Assembly (NCBI RefSeq): GCF_001194135.2 | Contig: NC_068986.1 | Location: forward strand, 8,700,061-8,764,060 | Direction: 5' to 3' | Source: Octopus bimaculoides | Lineage: Eukaryota | Length of the DNA stretch: 64,000 bases | Notes under the pieces: model-generated | What the model was told of the DNA's origin: nothing | What the model saw: only the letters and a program-made list of their open reading frames with translations | Databases searched by the model: none | Translations under genes and position numbers: made by a program | Shown here: positions 24,553-36,031 of the stretch, piece after piece | How positions within the stretch are numbered: the stretch's first letter is position 1 | Layout: every line of letters begins with the position of its first letter

Positions 24553-25117
24553 GCTCAAGTGTTGGGTCTCATGGAGATGAATATAAACATTCCCATGTGG
24601 CAGGATTGAAAATTGTAAAGGGACCCCTCTTTACATGAAAGCATTGGTATCCTTGCTGGCCCACAAATAAAGTGTGTGTGAGAGAGAGAGAGATCCTGTT
24701 TCTGTGTGAACATTTGTGCTTCTACGAAAGTCTGCAACCTATGAGCAGTGATGTAGTCGCTTCTGCCAATAAATGATCCACTTGCATTGTGCCTTTTGAA
24801 GCTGTGTGGAATAAGAGGTCCTTCGCTTGAAAAAACAAAACAAAAGAAAAAAACAGGTAAAGCTTAGTGATTGGAAAGGCATCCAGATGTAAAACTATTC
24901 TTCACTCACATATTCACCTAACTCATGCTACCACAGCAAAACAAGCCTAAAAACGAATGAACAAACTTAATTAAAATAACTCAATTTATGTGGCAGAATT
25001 GAAGGAATTTTACATTTTTACTTGGAATGAATAGTTGTGAAAGACGAATATTCCACAACAGACTTTTGTAAGAAGTTCCAGATGTTTTCGGAACCAGCCT
25101 ATCTTTTGTGTACCTTT

Positions 25118-25350
25118 CTTTTACTTATTTCATTCCTTTGAATGTGGCCATGCTGGGGCACCGCTTTGAAGAATATTTAGTCTTTTTTTAAATCTTGGTA
25201 CTTATTTTATTGGTCTTTTTTGCCACACTGGTTGTCAAGTGGTGGTGGGGGACAAAGAAACACATGTACATGCACGAAGGGATTCTTTCAGTTTCCAACT
25301 ACCAAATGCATTGACAAGGTTTTGGCCCGAGACTACAGTAAAGACAGTTA
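25118..25350 (-). mobile_element. SINE family B copy, internally deleted and lacking the head
   Basis: TGTGGCCATGCTGGGGCACCGC...TTCTTTCAGTTTCC..CTACCAAAT. Confidence 0.7.
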
Positions 25351-25352
25351 CG

Positions 25353-25510
25353 TTCAAATCAACCAGATCTGGCCTCTCACACCTGCCCTACAATGTCATT
25401 CTAAAAATAATCACATGATTGAAACATTGAAGCTATGAGATAAAACAAGATTAATTCTAAACAATGTGAATAAATAAGCATTACATTTGATAGAATAATC
25501 TGAATGCTAG
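25353..25510. mobile_element. MITE family D, partial (related to 32476-32665)
   Basis: Shares GTTCAAA....AGAT.TGGC...ACAATGTC.TTCTAA.AATAA...CATGATTAATTC with the 32476 copy. Confidence 0.6.
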
Positions 25511-25530
25511 CTTTATGTATAGGAAGTCAC

Positions 25531-25759
25531 TTAACCCTTTCATTACTGTATTTCTGTTGAGATGCTCTTTTTCTCTCTCAATTATTTAAAATATAACAAA
25601 GAATTTAGTAAAATAACTTAGTTATTATAAAATTAGTGTTAAGAACATAAATTGTGACTAAGTTTTGGTGGAAGATTTTAATTCAGAACTTATGAAAACA
25701 AGACATTTGTACTACAGAGCCAGAAGAGGTTTCAGCCAGGTTGGTAACGAAAGGGTTAA
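25531..25759. mobile_element. piggyBac-type MITE family E
   Basis: TTAA-CCCTTTCATTAC ... GTAACGAAAGGG-TTAA: 15/16 terminal inverted match, TTAA at both ends and CCC starts, as in piggyBac. Confidence 0.85.
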
Positions 25760-26843
25760 TCTTTTTTTATTCTGTTTGAATACTTTGCATACTGGTATTT
25801 GGTTTCAAGTTATAAAGTTTCTTCATTTCATTTTATTCACAAAAGATTGAAGAATAACTTCTGTTTCTGTTTTTTTCTATGCAAAGATAAATTCATCAAT
25901 TTTTAACTCCATCTCATCTATCTGTATCAATTAGTTTGTGCTGCTTCTCTAGTTTAATATTTTCATTGTCATTGGTTTTCTTTCACAATGGTTTCTGCAT
26001 AACATAATGTCAACTAGTTTGTTCTCTTCTCTTCTTTGATAACTTCTTCCTGTGTGTGTGTATGTATGTAGGCAGGTTGTAGGCCAGCCCTGATTAAACA
26101 GGCCTGTCATCAGCAATGTTCCAACTGTGACTCTCCCATTTTGTATGTTTAGGGACCACGTTACCCTACAGGTTGTTTTTTACTTTAAGTTAGTAGGATG
26201 TGAGTTGAAGGAACTTGACTGTTATTTCTAGCAAGTTGAGTGACCATGCACAGCTCTTCATTGGGTTGGTGTGTGCAAGTTTGGGTGATGTATACAGGTG
26301 TAGATATGACCAGGTAAGATTCATAGTCATGGTATATTTGTGCCGTCACAGCTACAAGGCCCTTCCTCTATCTCGACAGCCATAAAGTGCTGCCTGTACC
26401 TTAGGCAAGTATTTCTGGCATGGTCTCAATTTAATCCGAATCTTATGGGTGAAATCAGGTTGATGGGAATTCTATGGAAGCTTGCCAGATCTTTTTAATT
26501 AAGTGTCACTCCTCTTACTCTTCACTCTAAATGTGTATATGTATGTATGTCTTTATATATATATATATATGTTTGTGTATGAATAGAAATTTTACTTTGC
26601 ACACAAGTTTTACGGTTCAGTGATGTAAAAATCTGCAGTTAAGCTATCACAAATATTTTAGATCAGTGTGTCACAAACTATTTTAATCATCAGTGCTTTC
26701 CTGTTAGCATTTTCTCAATGCCCCCTCCCCCTCCACTTCTGCAAGATTAAACACACTTTTGCTGTCTACAGACCAGTTACCAGGAAAGGATTATTTTATA
26801 CATCAGTCATAGCATCACTAGAATATGGAATGTCAATGCTGGT

Positions 26844-27040
26844 TGATCATCATCATCATTTAACGCCTGTTTCCCATGATGACATGGGGCTGGATAGTTT
26901 GACCGGAGGTGGCCAGCTGGGGGGCTACACCATGCCCCAGTTGTCTGTTTTGGCATGGTTTCTGTGGCTGGAGGATCCTTCTAGTGCCAACCGCTTACAA
27001 GGGTTCTGGGTGCTTTTTATGTGGCACCAACATGGGTGCA
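26844..27040 (-). mobile_element. Family C copy, 3' part
   Basis: (CAT)n TTAACGCCTG...GGTGCTTTTTATGTGGCACC. Confidence 0.75.
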
Positions 27041-27138
27041 GTTAGATATATGTTTGCTTACTTGGGAGCACCTGCTTTGGGAAATTCTGTCTTAGATATT
27101 TGTTCAATAATAATAATAATAATAATAATAATGATGAT

Positions 27139-27331
27139 GATTTCAAATTTTGGCACAAGGCCAGCAATTTTGGGGGAGGGGATAAGTCGATTACATTGAA
27201 AACCCCCGCCCCCATTGTTCAGCTGGTATTTATTTTATCAATGCTGAAAGAATGAAAGACAATGTTGACCTCAGTAAAATACTGCTAATCATTTTGCCTG
27301 GTTGGCTAACGATTCTACCAGCTCACTGCCA
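27139..27331 (-). mobile_element. SINE family A copy with internal deletion, between (AAT)n tracts
   Basis: TTTCAAATTTTGGCACAAGGCC...GATTCTACCAGCTCAC. Confidence 0.8.
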
Positions 27332-27339
27332 TAATAGTA

Positions 27340-27371
<32 letters not shown>

Positions 27372-27984
27372 GAGCAATCATTATAATGGTGATAGTTTAT
27401 TTATGATGATGAATAACAACAACAGCAATCTTTATAATGGTGATGGTTTATTACACTTAGACATGAATGTGTAATTGTTGTAAAATGTAAAGTTGTGACT
27501 CATTTCTGCCAGTTGTTTATATTGATTTCAGGTGATTGATAAAGGATTTTTGTCAGTATGGGTAATAAATAAGCAAACCTTTAATTAATTTAATGATGGT
27601 TGTATGAGTGATTAATGTTTAATTGTTAGAAGGATTTCTTTCAGTTATTTCTCTTGCTAAAAGACGAATAATGTTTTAAGGGCAGTATAACGTTATTAAA
27701 ACCCCAGTTATGGTCCCACCAACTAAAAGAAGGAAGCTGGAAGTAACATAATTCAATGTTACAACAGATACCTCAGTGATTTTAGCAGGGTTTATATTTA
27801 CAGAAGCTGATCAGGTATCATTACAGGATAGCAGTAAATGGAGTTAATTATAGGAGTTGATTTGACAATGCCTTGCTGCTGTTTTTGGTGTTTTGGCAAA
27901 TCCTAAACACAATTGGATGTTTTCCCTCCTAGCTATTAAAGGAAGTACAAGCTGTCTGTCTGTTGTCTCTCTCACTCACACACA

Positions 27985-28143
27985 CATACAGGAACTTCTA
28001 CGTACCAAATATAATCACAAGGTTTTGGTCAGCCCGAGGTTATAGCAGAAGACACTTGCTCCAAGGTGCCACACAGTAGGGCTGAACCTGAAGCCGTACG
28101 GTTAGGAAGCAAGCTTCCAAACCACACAGCCATGCCAGCGCCT
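27985..28143 (-). mobile_element. SINE family B, 5' half
   Basis: GAAGACACTTGCTCCAAGGTGCC...GGAAGCAAGCTTCC.AACCACACAGCCA. Confidence 0.75.
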
Positions 28144-28446
28144 ATTCCTAACAAGCTGTTTAAAAATTAGTTTTGAGAAGAATTGGCTGGTGATGAAGGA
28201 AGTCCTTCAAGTTATCATTACACCTGCTGTAAACAGTAGCTGTATATAAAGTATTGCTGTAGATTGTGGCATTCTCTCAATGTTTTTAACTGATATTGAG
28301 TCAAAAACAAAACTGCAACCTTGGAATTTAGCAAGAATTGAGTGTCTTGTACCATAAATATAGCCCTAAACCAGCATTTTATCTTTATAATTTGGGTTGT
28401 TTTCTTATATGCCTGATCACCTTATACATCAATGTATATATATATA

Positions 28447-28767
28447 TCATCATCATCAAACGTTCGTTGTCCATACTGGTATGGGTTGGATGGTTTGACC
28501 AGGGCCGGTAAGCTGGAAGGCTGCATCAAACTCCAGTCTGATTTGGTATGGTCTTCTATGGTTGGATACCCTTCCTAACGGCAACCACTCCGAGAGTGTA
28601 ATAGGTGCTTTTATGTACTATTGGCACAGGTGCCATTTGCGTGACACCAGTATCTGCCACAACTGTGATTTTGCTTGGCTTGATGGGTCTTCTCCTCAAG
28701 CACAACATAATGCAAAGGTCTCGGTCATTGGCTTTGTGAGGCCCAACATTCGAATGGAATTCAGTCA

Positions 28768-28771
<4 letters not shown>
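28447..28771 (-). mobile_element. Family C copy, full length
   Basis: Reverse complement aligns end to end with 35624-35932. Confidence 0.88.
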
Positions 28772-28851
<80 letters not shown>

Positions 28852-29899
28852 GAGTTACGGAATGNNNNNNNNNNNNNNNNNNNNNNNNNNNNNNNNNNNN
28901 NNNNNNNNNNNNNNNNNNNNNNNNNNNNNNNNNNNNNNNNNNNNNNNNNNNNNNNNNNNNNNNNNNNNNNNNNNNNNNNNNNNNNNNNNNNNNNNNNNNN
29001 NNNNNNNNNNNNNNNNNNNNNNNNNNNNNNNNNNNNNNNNNNNNNNNNNNNNNNNNNNNNNNNNNNNNNNNNNNNNNNNNNNNNNNNNNNNNNNNNNNNN
29101 TATTATAGGATCCCACCAAGCTTTTTTGTTTTCAAATGCATCCTGGATATATATACATATACTGTCATGTACACACACACACACACCGTTGTATATGCTT
29201 ATATAAAGCTGCTTCTGCTATGCTACCAACTTGAATTTTCTGCATATATTCTTTAATCATCAGTAATGTGAATCGTCTTCAGTAACACATCTCATTAATG
29301 ATGCATATTAAATCAGGTTTTCATATAATTCAATTTACATTTTTAATGTTAACCCCCCCTACTTTTTCTGGGGATCGACTCCAATGAAATGTTTATAGTA
29401 TTTAAGTTGATTACTTTTAAGATTTGGATGTTGTTGCTCTTGACTAATCTTTTTCTATTTATCTCTGGAAATATCAACAGAATGCAATTGGGAATCTGTG
29501 TGTGTGAATGTGGTTTGGTTGCAGGTGTATGATCGGATCAAAGCATATGGTCGTAACCATTTTCTCTTTTTAGTGGAATCTAAAACCATGTAATCTACTG
29601 GGTGTGTTTTATTTACTTACACTTTGTAAGGAGACTTGGCTGATATTTCTAGCGAGTGAAACAACTTTGTAGAAGCCCACTTTTAGTCTTTTAAGATATT
29701 GATGTTAGTGGTGGCGCTGCAGTAGTTAAGGCTATCCTAAGTATTTGTTACAAAATGGATTTAGAATTGGTTCAGGTCCTTGTCTATTGTTCTTGGACAC
29801 AGTTTCACTACCATAGAATGGTGAGCTTGGAAATGGACTTTTCAGATTTGGAAAAGTTTAAAATTGTTATTCTGTTATGGATATTCCAGGAGTTAGAAA

Positions 29900-30469
29900 C
29901 ATAGGGAGAATTCACAAAAAGAAAACAAAAGATGAAGACAGGTGGTGTAGACAACAAACAGATATATTAGTATAATGCTCGGGAATTGAAAAAGTCTTTA
30001 ACGTTTCGAGCCTGCGCTCTTCCACAGAAAGGAACACAGAAAGAAACAAGGAGGGAAAATAAGTCAGGGTAGAAAATGCTAAAGTAATTTTATCATGAAA
30101 ACCATTTTGGTATCGGTTTCAGTCGGAAAACAATTAAATTGTGGAAAAATTAAATGAAAATTTAAAAAAAAAAAATATTTCCATAGTATTCAAATACAAG
30201 GGACATTTTCCTTGTTTCTGCCTATCTCTGTCTCTCTTGTTTTCACTCTTGTGGGTTTGAGGTAGTTATGGATTTTTGTTATTGGCGCAAATGTCAATGT
30301 GTTGGCCGAATGCTATTTTTCTGTTGTTCGGAATTTTGATCTGGAATCTGTGCAGAGCCATCCTTTGACGTAGACTGTTTTTTGTTTGGCCTATGTATTA
30401 CTCTTGACACCCAGAGCAGGTTAGTGCGTATATCAGGTTCTCCGAAGCACATGTGAAGTTACTTTTCAC
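29900..30469 (-). mobile_element. Penelope-like element 3' fragment: GIY-YIG endonuclease pseudogene plus terminal repeat
   Basis: Minus-strand translation VKSNFTCASENLIYALTCSGCQE*YIGQTKNSLRQRMALHR (GIY-YIG with CxxC...H, one in-frame stop), followed downstream by a hammerhead-like motif. The 5' part lies in a gap. Confidence 0.88.
29996..30031 (-). ncRNA. Degenerate minimal type-I hammerhead-like motif
   Basis: CUUU CUGUGGA A GAGC-GCAG-GCUC GAAAC GUU AAAG: stems I and II pair and the ACGU palindrome is present, but the core has A6>U. Confidence 0.55.
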
Positions 30470-31559
30470 TNNNNNNNNNNNNNNNNNNNNNNNNNNNNNN
30501 NNNNNNNNNNNNNNNNNNNNNNNNNNNNNNNNNNNNNNNNNNNNNNNNNNNNNNNNNNNNNNNNNNNNNNNNNNNNNNNNNNNNNNNNNNNNNNNNNNNN
30601 NNNNNNNNNNNNNNNNNNNNNNNNNNNNNNNNNNNNNNNNNNNNNNNNNNNNNNNNNNNNNNNNNNNNNNNNNNNNNNNNNNNNNNNNNNNNNNNNNNNN
30701 NNNNNNNNNNNNNNNNNNNNNNNNNNNNNNNNNNNNNNNNNNNNNNNNNNNNNNNNNNNNNNNNNNNNNNNNNNNNNNNNNNNNNNNNNNNNNNNNNNNN
30801 NNNNNNNNNNNNNNNNNNNNNNNNNNNNNNNNNNNNNNNNNNNNNNNNNNNNNNNNNNNNNNNNNNNNNNNNNNNNNNNNNNNNNNNNNNNNNNNNNNNN
30901 NNNNNNNNNNNNNNNNNNNNNNNNNNNNNNNNNNNNNNNNNNNNNNNNNNNNNNNNNNNNNNNNNNNNNNNNNNNNNNNNNNNNNNNNNNNNNNNNNNNN
31001 NNNNNNNNNNNNNNNNNNNNNNNNNNNNNNNNNNNNNNNNNNNNNNNNNNNNNNNNNNNNNNNNNNNNNNNNNNNNNNNNNNNNNNNNNNNNNNNNNNNN
31101 NNNNNNNNNNNNNNNNNNNNNNNNNNNNNNNNNNNNNNNNNNNNNNNNNNNNNNNNNNNNNNNNNNNNNNNNNNNNNNNNNNNNNNNNNNNNNNNNNNNN
31201 NNNNNNNNNNNNNNNNNNNNNNNNNNNNNNNNNNNNNNNNNNNNNNNNNNNNNNNNNATATATATATATATATATATATATAGATATATATATAGATATA
31301 GATAAATACACACACACACACACACACCCCTGATATTAGATAAGGTATTAGTATTTATGATGTACAAATTATTGCTCTAGTTTTTTCTGTAGTTACTGAA
31401 ATTGTTGAGTGTATAAACAGATTGGCTGCTTGTTTTGAATTGGTCAGATTGATGTTGACGTCCCTAATGGGAATCCAATAAGATTTGAAAATCAATTGAG
31501 GTTGTTTATCATTGTTTCAGTGTACGGAGAAATAGCTAAATTAGCCTTGTTTATACATC

Positions 31560-32450
31560 TGCTATATAGGGTACATAGTTATGTAACGAAACCTCCCTAA
31601 ACTAGAAACCCTTACCAGAAGTAGAATTCTTATGAAGGACAATCACACAGTATCAGTGTATGGCATAATATATGCAGTAAGACTGCTATAAACCAAGAAA
31701 CCCTACACAACTTCAAACCTACAAGAACTAGAATTTCACTGAAGGACAACTTGGAACCATTAGAACACAAGATACAAAAGGTTCATAATCAACAAACACA
31801 CCTAATGGATAGATCCCTCATCAGCTGCCTAATGGATATGATTATGGTTTTGGCACCTGGGCATTAGCATTTATGCCTACAGAATCAACAGCCTTAAAGT
31901 CATAAATGCTGTCTGGGCTATTGATGGACCAGAAGCAGGAACGAAACAAGCACAATATGTCCATTATGTTTACACCTGTTTATTGTTACAAATATAAACA
32001 TCTCAAGCATAAATCATTTCATATGAAGCACAAGTTCAAAAATGTAATGTATAAAATAGAGAGAAATAAAATAGAGAGAAATATTCCTCAAAATAGACAT
32101 TGCTACCCCAAGAATTACAGAGAACTTAAAAATCATAAAACATTAGAATGAATTAGCCAAATAAATGTAATGAGAAAAAGCAATTGGACATAGTCAAAAA
32201 CTTAGGTTGCTAAAACATAAAATGGGAAATAATTGTAAAGAACTAGAATTGGTCAAAATAGATTAGTGAAAGAACATAAAGCATTAGACATTGGTCCTTA
32301 ACTAACAATCTGTAACACATTTAAAACATGAAAACATAGAACGAACCAAATGTAAGCTAATGGAATAACCTCGTTTTCACTATCGAGTTTCAATTGTCTT
32401 GAAACAATGCATTATGGGAGTAAACCAGTGTAGACCAATATCTATGAGAT
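31560..32450 (+). mobile_element. Highly decayed retroelement fragment, homologous to 37440-38110 in inverted orientation
   Basis: CCTCATCAGCTGCCTAATGGATATGATTATGGTTTTGGC matches the minus strand near 37900-37940 at 31/39. Boundaries are approximate. Confidence 0.4.
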
Positions 32451-32475
32451 ACAAATTGTCATTATAGATAACAGA

Positions 32476-32665
32476 TTCAACCTTTTAGCATTTGGCTATA
32501 TCTGGCCCAAATATTCTACCTGTTTTCTGTTCAAACTGGCAAGATTTGGCAAGTCACAACTACCAAACAATGTCTTTTCTAAGAATAAATAATCACATCA
32601 AAATCTTAAGGCTACAAGATAATGCATGATTAATTCAAAATAATATGAACATTTAAAGGGTTGAA
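32476..32665. mobile_element. MITE family D (piggyBac-like ends)
   Basis: TTCAACCTTTTA ... TAAAGGGTTGAA, 11/12 terminal inverted match. Confidence 0.7.
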
Positions 32666-33165
32666 TTTCCACAAAAGAAAAAAAAAACAAAACAAAATAT
32701 AAAAATGATATAAAATTGGCTAAAACATCCACATTGTAACAATACCCTAACATTTTAAAAACCTGAAAACATAATTAAAACGAATTGCAAACCAATTGAA
32801 TAGCAGCATATCACTTTAACCATCCAGCATTAAACATCTATGATGTGGGAACAAATCATGGTAGATTTATAACTGTTAGATATAAACTTCAATTATAGAA
32901 AATATAAAATAAATATCCATTATATAAAAACAACATAGCAACACCGTATGCTGCAAAGAAAGGAGCCTGAGCACAGACGTACCATTTTGACATGAGCCTG
33001 CCTGAAGTCATCCTTGGTTCTATTATATTCTTTGGTTTTATGGTGATTGACTTCAAAATAAGGTATCAAAATTTCATGTTAATTCATATTTGAGACACTA
33101 GCTGAATAAAGGCATAATTTACAAAATTCTTCATTATTTCTAAAGTTAATTTGAAATATAGCTGC

Positions 33166-33550
33166 AGAAGCACAAGTGTGGCTGTGTGGTAAGAAGTTTG
33201 CTTCCCAACCACATGGTTCCAGGGTCAGTCCCACTGCATGGAACCTTGGGCAAGTGGTTTTTACTACAGTATTGGGCTGGCCAAAACTTTGTGAGTGGAT
33301 TTGGTAGGTGGAAACTGAAGGAAGCCTGTTGTGTGTGTGTATATTTAGGCCTGCATTTGCACCCCTCACTTCACAACTGGTGTAGTCATGTTATGTCCCT
33401 GTAACTTGGGAGTTTGGCAAAAGAGATTGATGGAATAAGTACCAGGCTTTAAAAACATGTCCTGGGGTCAATTTGCTTGATTAAAATTTTCCGAGGCAGT
33501 GCTCCAGCATGGTCGCAGTCTAATGGCTGAAACAAGTTAAAGATAAAAAA
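33166..33550 (+). mobile_element. SINE family B, full length (tRNA-like head)
   Basis: TGGCTGTGTGGTAAGAAGTTTGCTTCCCAACCACATGGTTCC...GCTCCAGCATGGTCGCAGTC..ATGGCTGAAACAAG. Confidence 0.88.
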
Positions 33551-33937
33551 TAGGCAATATGTTTCAACATAGATATAATAGGGAAAAAGTGAATAGCTCT
33601 CCACTGCCAAAATGATAAATGATAATGAAGCTATGAGCAGAAGTCCATAATTACTCCCTAACGAATGTGATATTATACACATCAACATAAAATAATGATA
33701 ATCTATCCACAAACTGCAAAGCATTTCTCTCAACTAATCGTTTGACAGACCTGGACTAGAAATTCTGAATTTTCTCAAAGATTTGCTGTCTCCCCAAACA
33801 ACACGTAAATTACTTAAATAACAACAGCCATAAACAAAAGACATGAACACTGCAATGCATTCAGACACAGACACTATCTCTCTTTCTCACTTTCACTCTA
33901 TATCTCTCTTTCTCACACATACATACACTCACACACA

Positions 33938-34308
33938 CCATTTGAGCGTGATTGTTACCAACGTCGCCTTCCTGGCACGGGAAAAGACATTTGAACGAGA
34001 TCGTTGCCAGTGCCGCTTGACTGGCTCCTGTGCTGCTTGACTGGCTCCTGTGCAGGTTGCACGTAAAATACACCATTTCGAGCGTGGCTGTTGCCAGTAC
34101 CGCCTGGCTGGTCTTCGTGCCGGTGACACGTAAAAGCACCCACTACACTCTCTGAGTGGTTGGCGTTAGGAAGGGCATCCAGCTGTAGAAACTCTGCCAA
34201 ATCAGATTGGAGCCTGGTGTAGCCACCTGGTTTCACCAGTCCTCAGTCAAATCGTCCAACCCATGCTAGCATGGAAAGCGGACGTTAAACGAAGATGATG
34301 ATGATGAT
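33938..34308 (+). mobile_element. Family C long subfamily copy, CpG-rich (young-looking)
   Basis: Intact core GGCGTTAGGAAGGGCATCCAGCTGTAGAAAC, tail GCGGACGTTAAAC(GAT)n, and an internal ~20-bp duplication GCTTGACTGGCTCCTGTGC. Confidence 0.9.
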
Positions 34309-34377
34309 TCCTAATGTAAACTTGTTTATCCATTTGCATCATTAATCTTTAACACTTTCCAAAACTACAACAGCTTC

Positions 34378-35296
34378 ATTACCTCTGCTAAGGAAGGAGG
34401 TTATGTTTTCATTGACATTGGTTTCTCCGTCTGTGTGCAAAATAACTCAAAAAGTTGTGAACGGTATTTAATGAAACTTGCAGAAAAAGTTGGTAATGAC
34501 AAAAGGAACAGATGATGAAATTTTGGTAGTGATCCGGGAATTTTTATGGATTCTTGAAGGATTTTTCATTTGTTATATTTACTTTACATGAAGTATTACA
34601 TTATGTTCTTTGATTATCTCTCTTGAAAACACGTTCATCATTTCCACGTAACCTATGGTGGCGCTGCTGCTTCCAGAGTTTATTTTCATTTCTCTATTAG
34701 TAATTTTACTCTTGTATCTATCTTAAAATGAGCTGCTTGGCAGACGTCTGCGGGGGATGACATGACAAGCCTTGACTATTGAGATTGACTCAAAAAGCTT
34801 AGGTTATGCTCCCACCACCACCGCTTTATATCATCTGTATGATGTGGAAAATATTCCATCAACATTGCCCATCTTTAAAATTCGTCCAGGGCTTGGGCCC
34901 CCATGCCATCCGTTCACTACAGAAATGTTCGTGTCATATCACAACACTATGACAGAACTATTTCACCTCAATTGGCCCTGCCATCTTCAACATCGTGCCA
35001 GACACACACAAAAGAGGAAAGTGACTTTACGGCATTCAAAGAATCCCTAGATGATTACCCCCAACAAATACCAGATAAACCACCCATACCCAGATATGTT
35101 GATGAAAACAATAACCCTCTGCTTGAATGGGCTATGGTTAAGGGGTTTTTTAAAAGAAATCTTATGGCTGTGTTATTTTTATTTTTTGTTTTTGCTGGCA
35201 TTGGTTTAGGAAATTGGGCTATTTTCAGCATTCATGTATATGGGTAGAAATGAGCTGCTTGGTGGAGGTCTGCGCTCTCCGAGTGCGTTTCTAGTT
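34378..35296 (+). mobile_element. Helentron-associated non-autonomous element (HINE/DINE-1-like) enclosing a LINE fragment
   Basis: 5' ACCTCTGCTAAG and 3' CTTGGTGGAGGT subterminal inverted repeats (9/12), a GCGCTC-TCC-GAGTGC hairpin (35272-35286) and a CTAGTT end. Confidence 0.7.
34790..35135 (+). mobile_element. CR1/L2-group LINE 3' fragment
   Basis: NYFTSIGPAIFNIVP / EESDFTAFKESLDDYPQQIPDKPPIPRYVDENNNPLLEW, resembling the C-terminal tail of CR1-group RT proteins. Confidence 0.7.
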
Positions 35297-35297
35297 T

Positions 35298-35543
35298 ATA
35301 CATTATTTACGTTTGACAGATATTTGTCATCTTGTTTGTTGTTAACACAACGTTTCGGCTGATATACCCTCCAGCCTTCATCAGGTGTCTTGGGGAAATT
35401 TCGAACCTGGGTTCTCATTTCTAAAGTATTTTTCAATGTTGTTGTTATTATTATAATTATTATTCAAGTCACTGCCTGGAATCGAACTCAGAATCTTGGG
35501 GTTAGTAGCACGCGCTCTTAACCACTACACCATATACCTACTG
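35298..35543 (-). mobile_element. Family H: tRNA-headed SINE with a hammerhead-bearing 3' module
   Basis: Minus strand: A-box TGGTGTAGTGG (35522-35532), B-box GTTCGATTCC (35478-35487), (AAT)n-like linker, then the module also seen at 21746-21860. Confidence 0.85.
35344..35389 (-). ncRNA. Minimal type-I hammerhead ribozyme motif (Penelope type)
   Basis: GACAC CUGAUGA A GGCUGG-AGGGUAUA-UCAGCC GAAAC GUU/GUGUU: 5-bp stem I, 6-bp stem II, intact core, ACGU palindromic helix III; predicted cut between 35349 and 35348. Confidence 0.8.
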
Positions 35544-35623
35544 TATCTAATTTGAAGTAGTTGGAATAAAAAATATCAATGTATCTGAGGCGTTCAATAA
35601 GTTGTTTGACTAAACCTGTCTTT

Positions 35624-35932
35624 TTCCTTTCGAGTGTTGGGCCTCACGGAGGCAATGACCGAGATCTTTGGCATTATGTTGTGCTTGAGAAGACCCATCA
35701 AGCCAAGTAAAATCACAGTCATGGCAGATTCTAGTGTGACGCAAATGGCACCTGTGCTGGTGGCACGTTAAAGCATCCATTACACTCTCAGTGTGGTTGG
35801 CATTAGGAAGGGCATCCAGCCATAGAAACCATGCCAAATTGGACTGGAGCCTGGTGCAGCCTTCCAGCTTGCTAGCCCTGGTCAAACTGTCCTACTCATG
35901 CCAGAATGGACAATGGACAGTAAATGATGATG
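35624..35932 (+). mobile_element. Family C copy, near full length
   Basis: TTCCTTTCGAGTGTTGGGCCTCACGGAGGC...AGGAAGGGCATCCAGCC...TAAATGATGATG. Confidence 0.88.
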
Positions 35933-35989
35933 TAGCAATCATTAAGAAAATTAAATTAACAGGAAGATAAATATATATATATATATATA

Positions 35990-36031
<42 letters not shown>

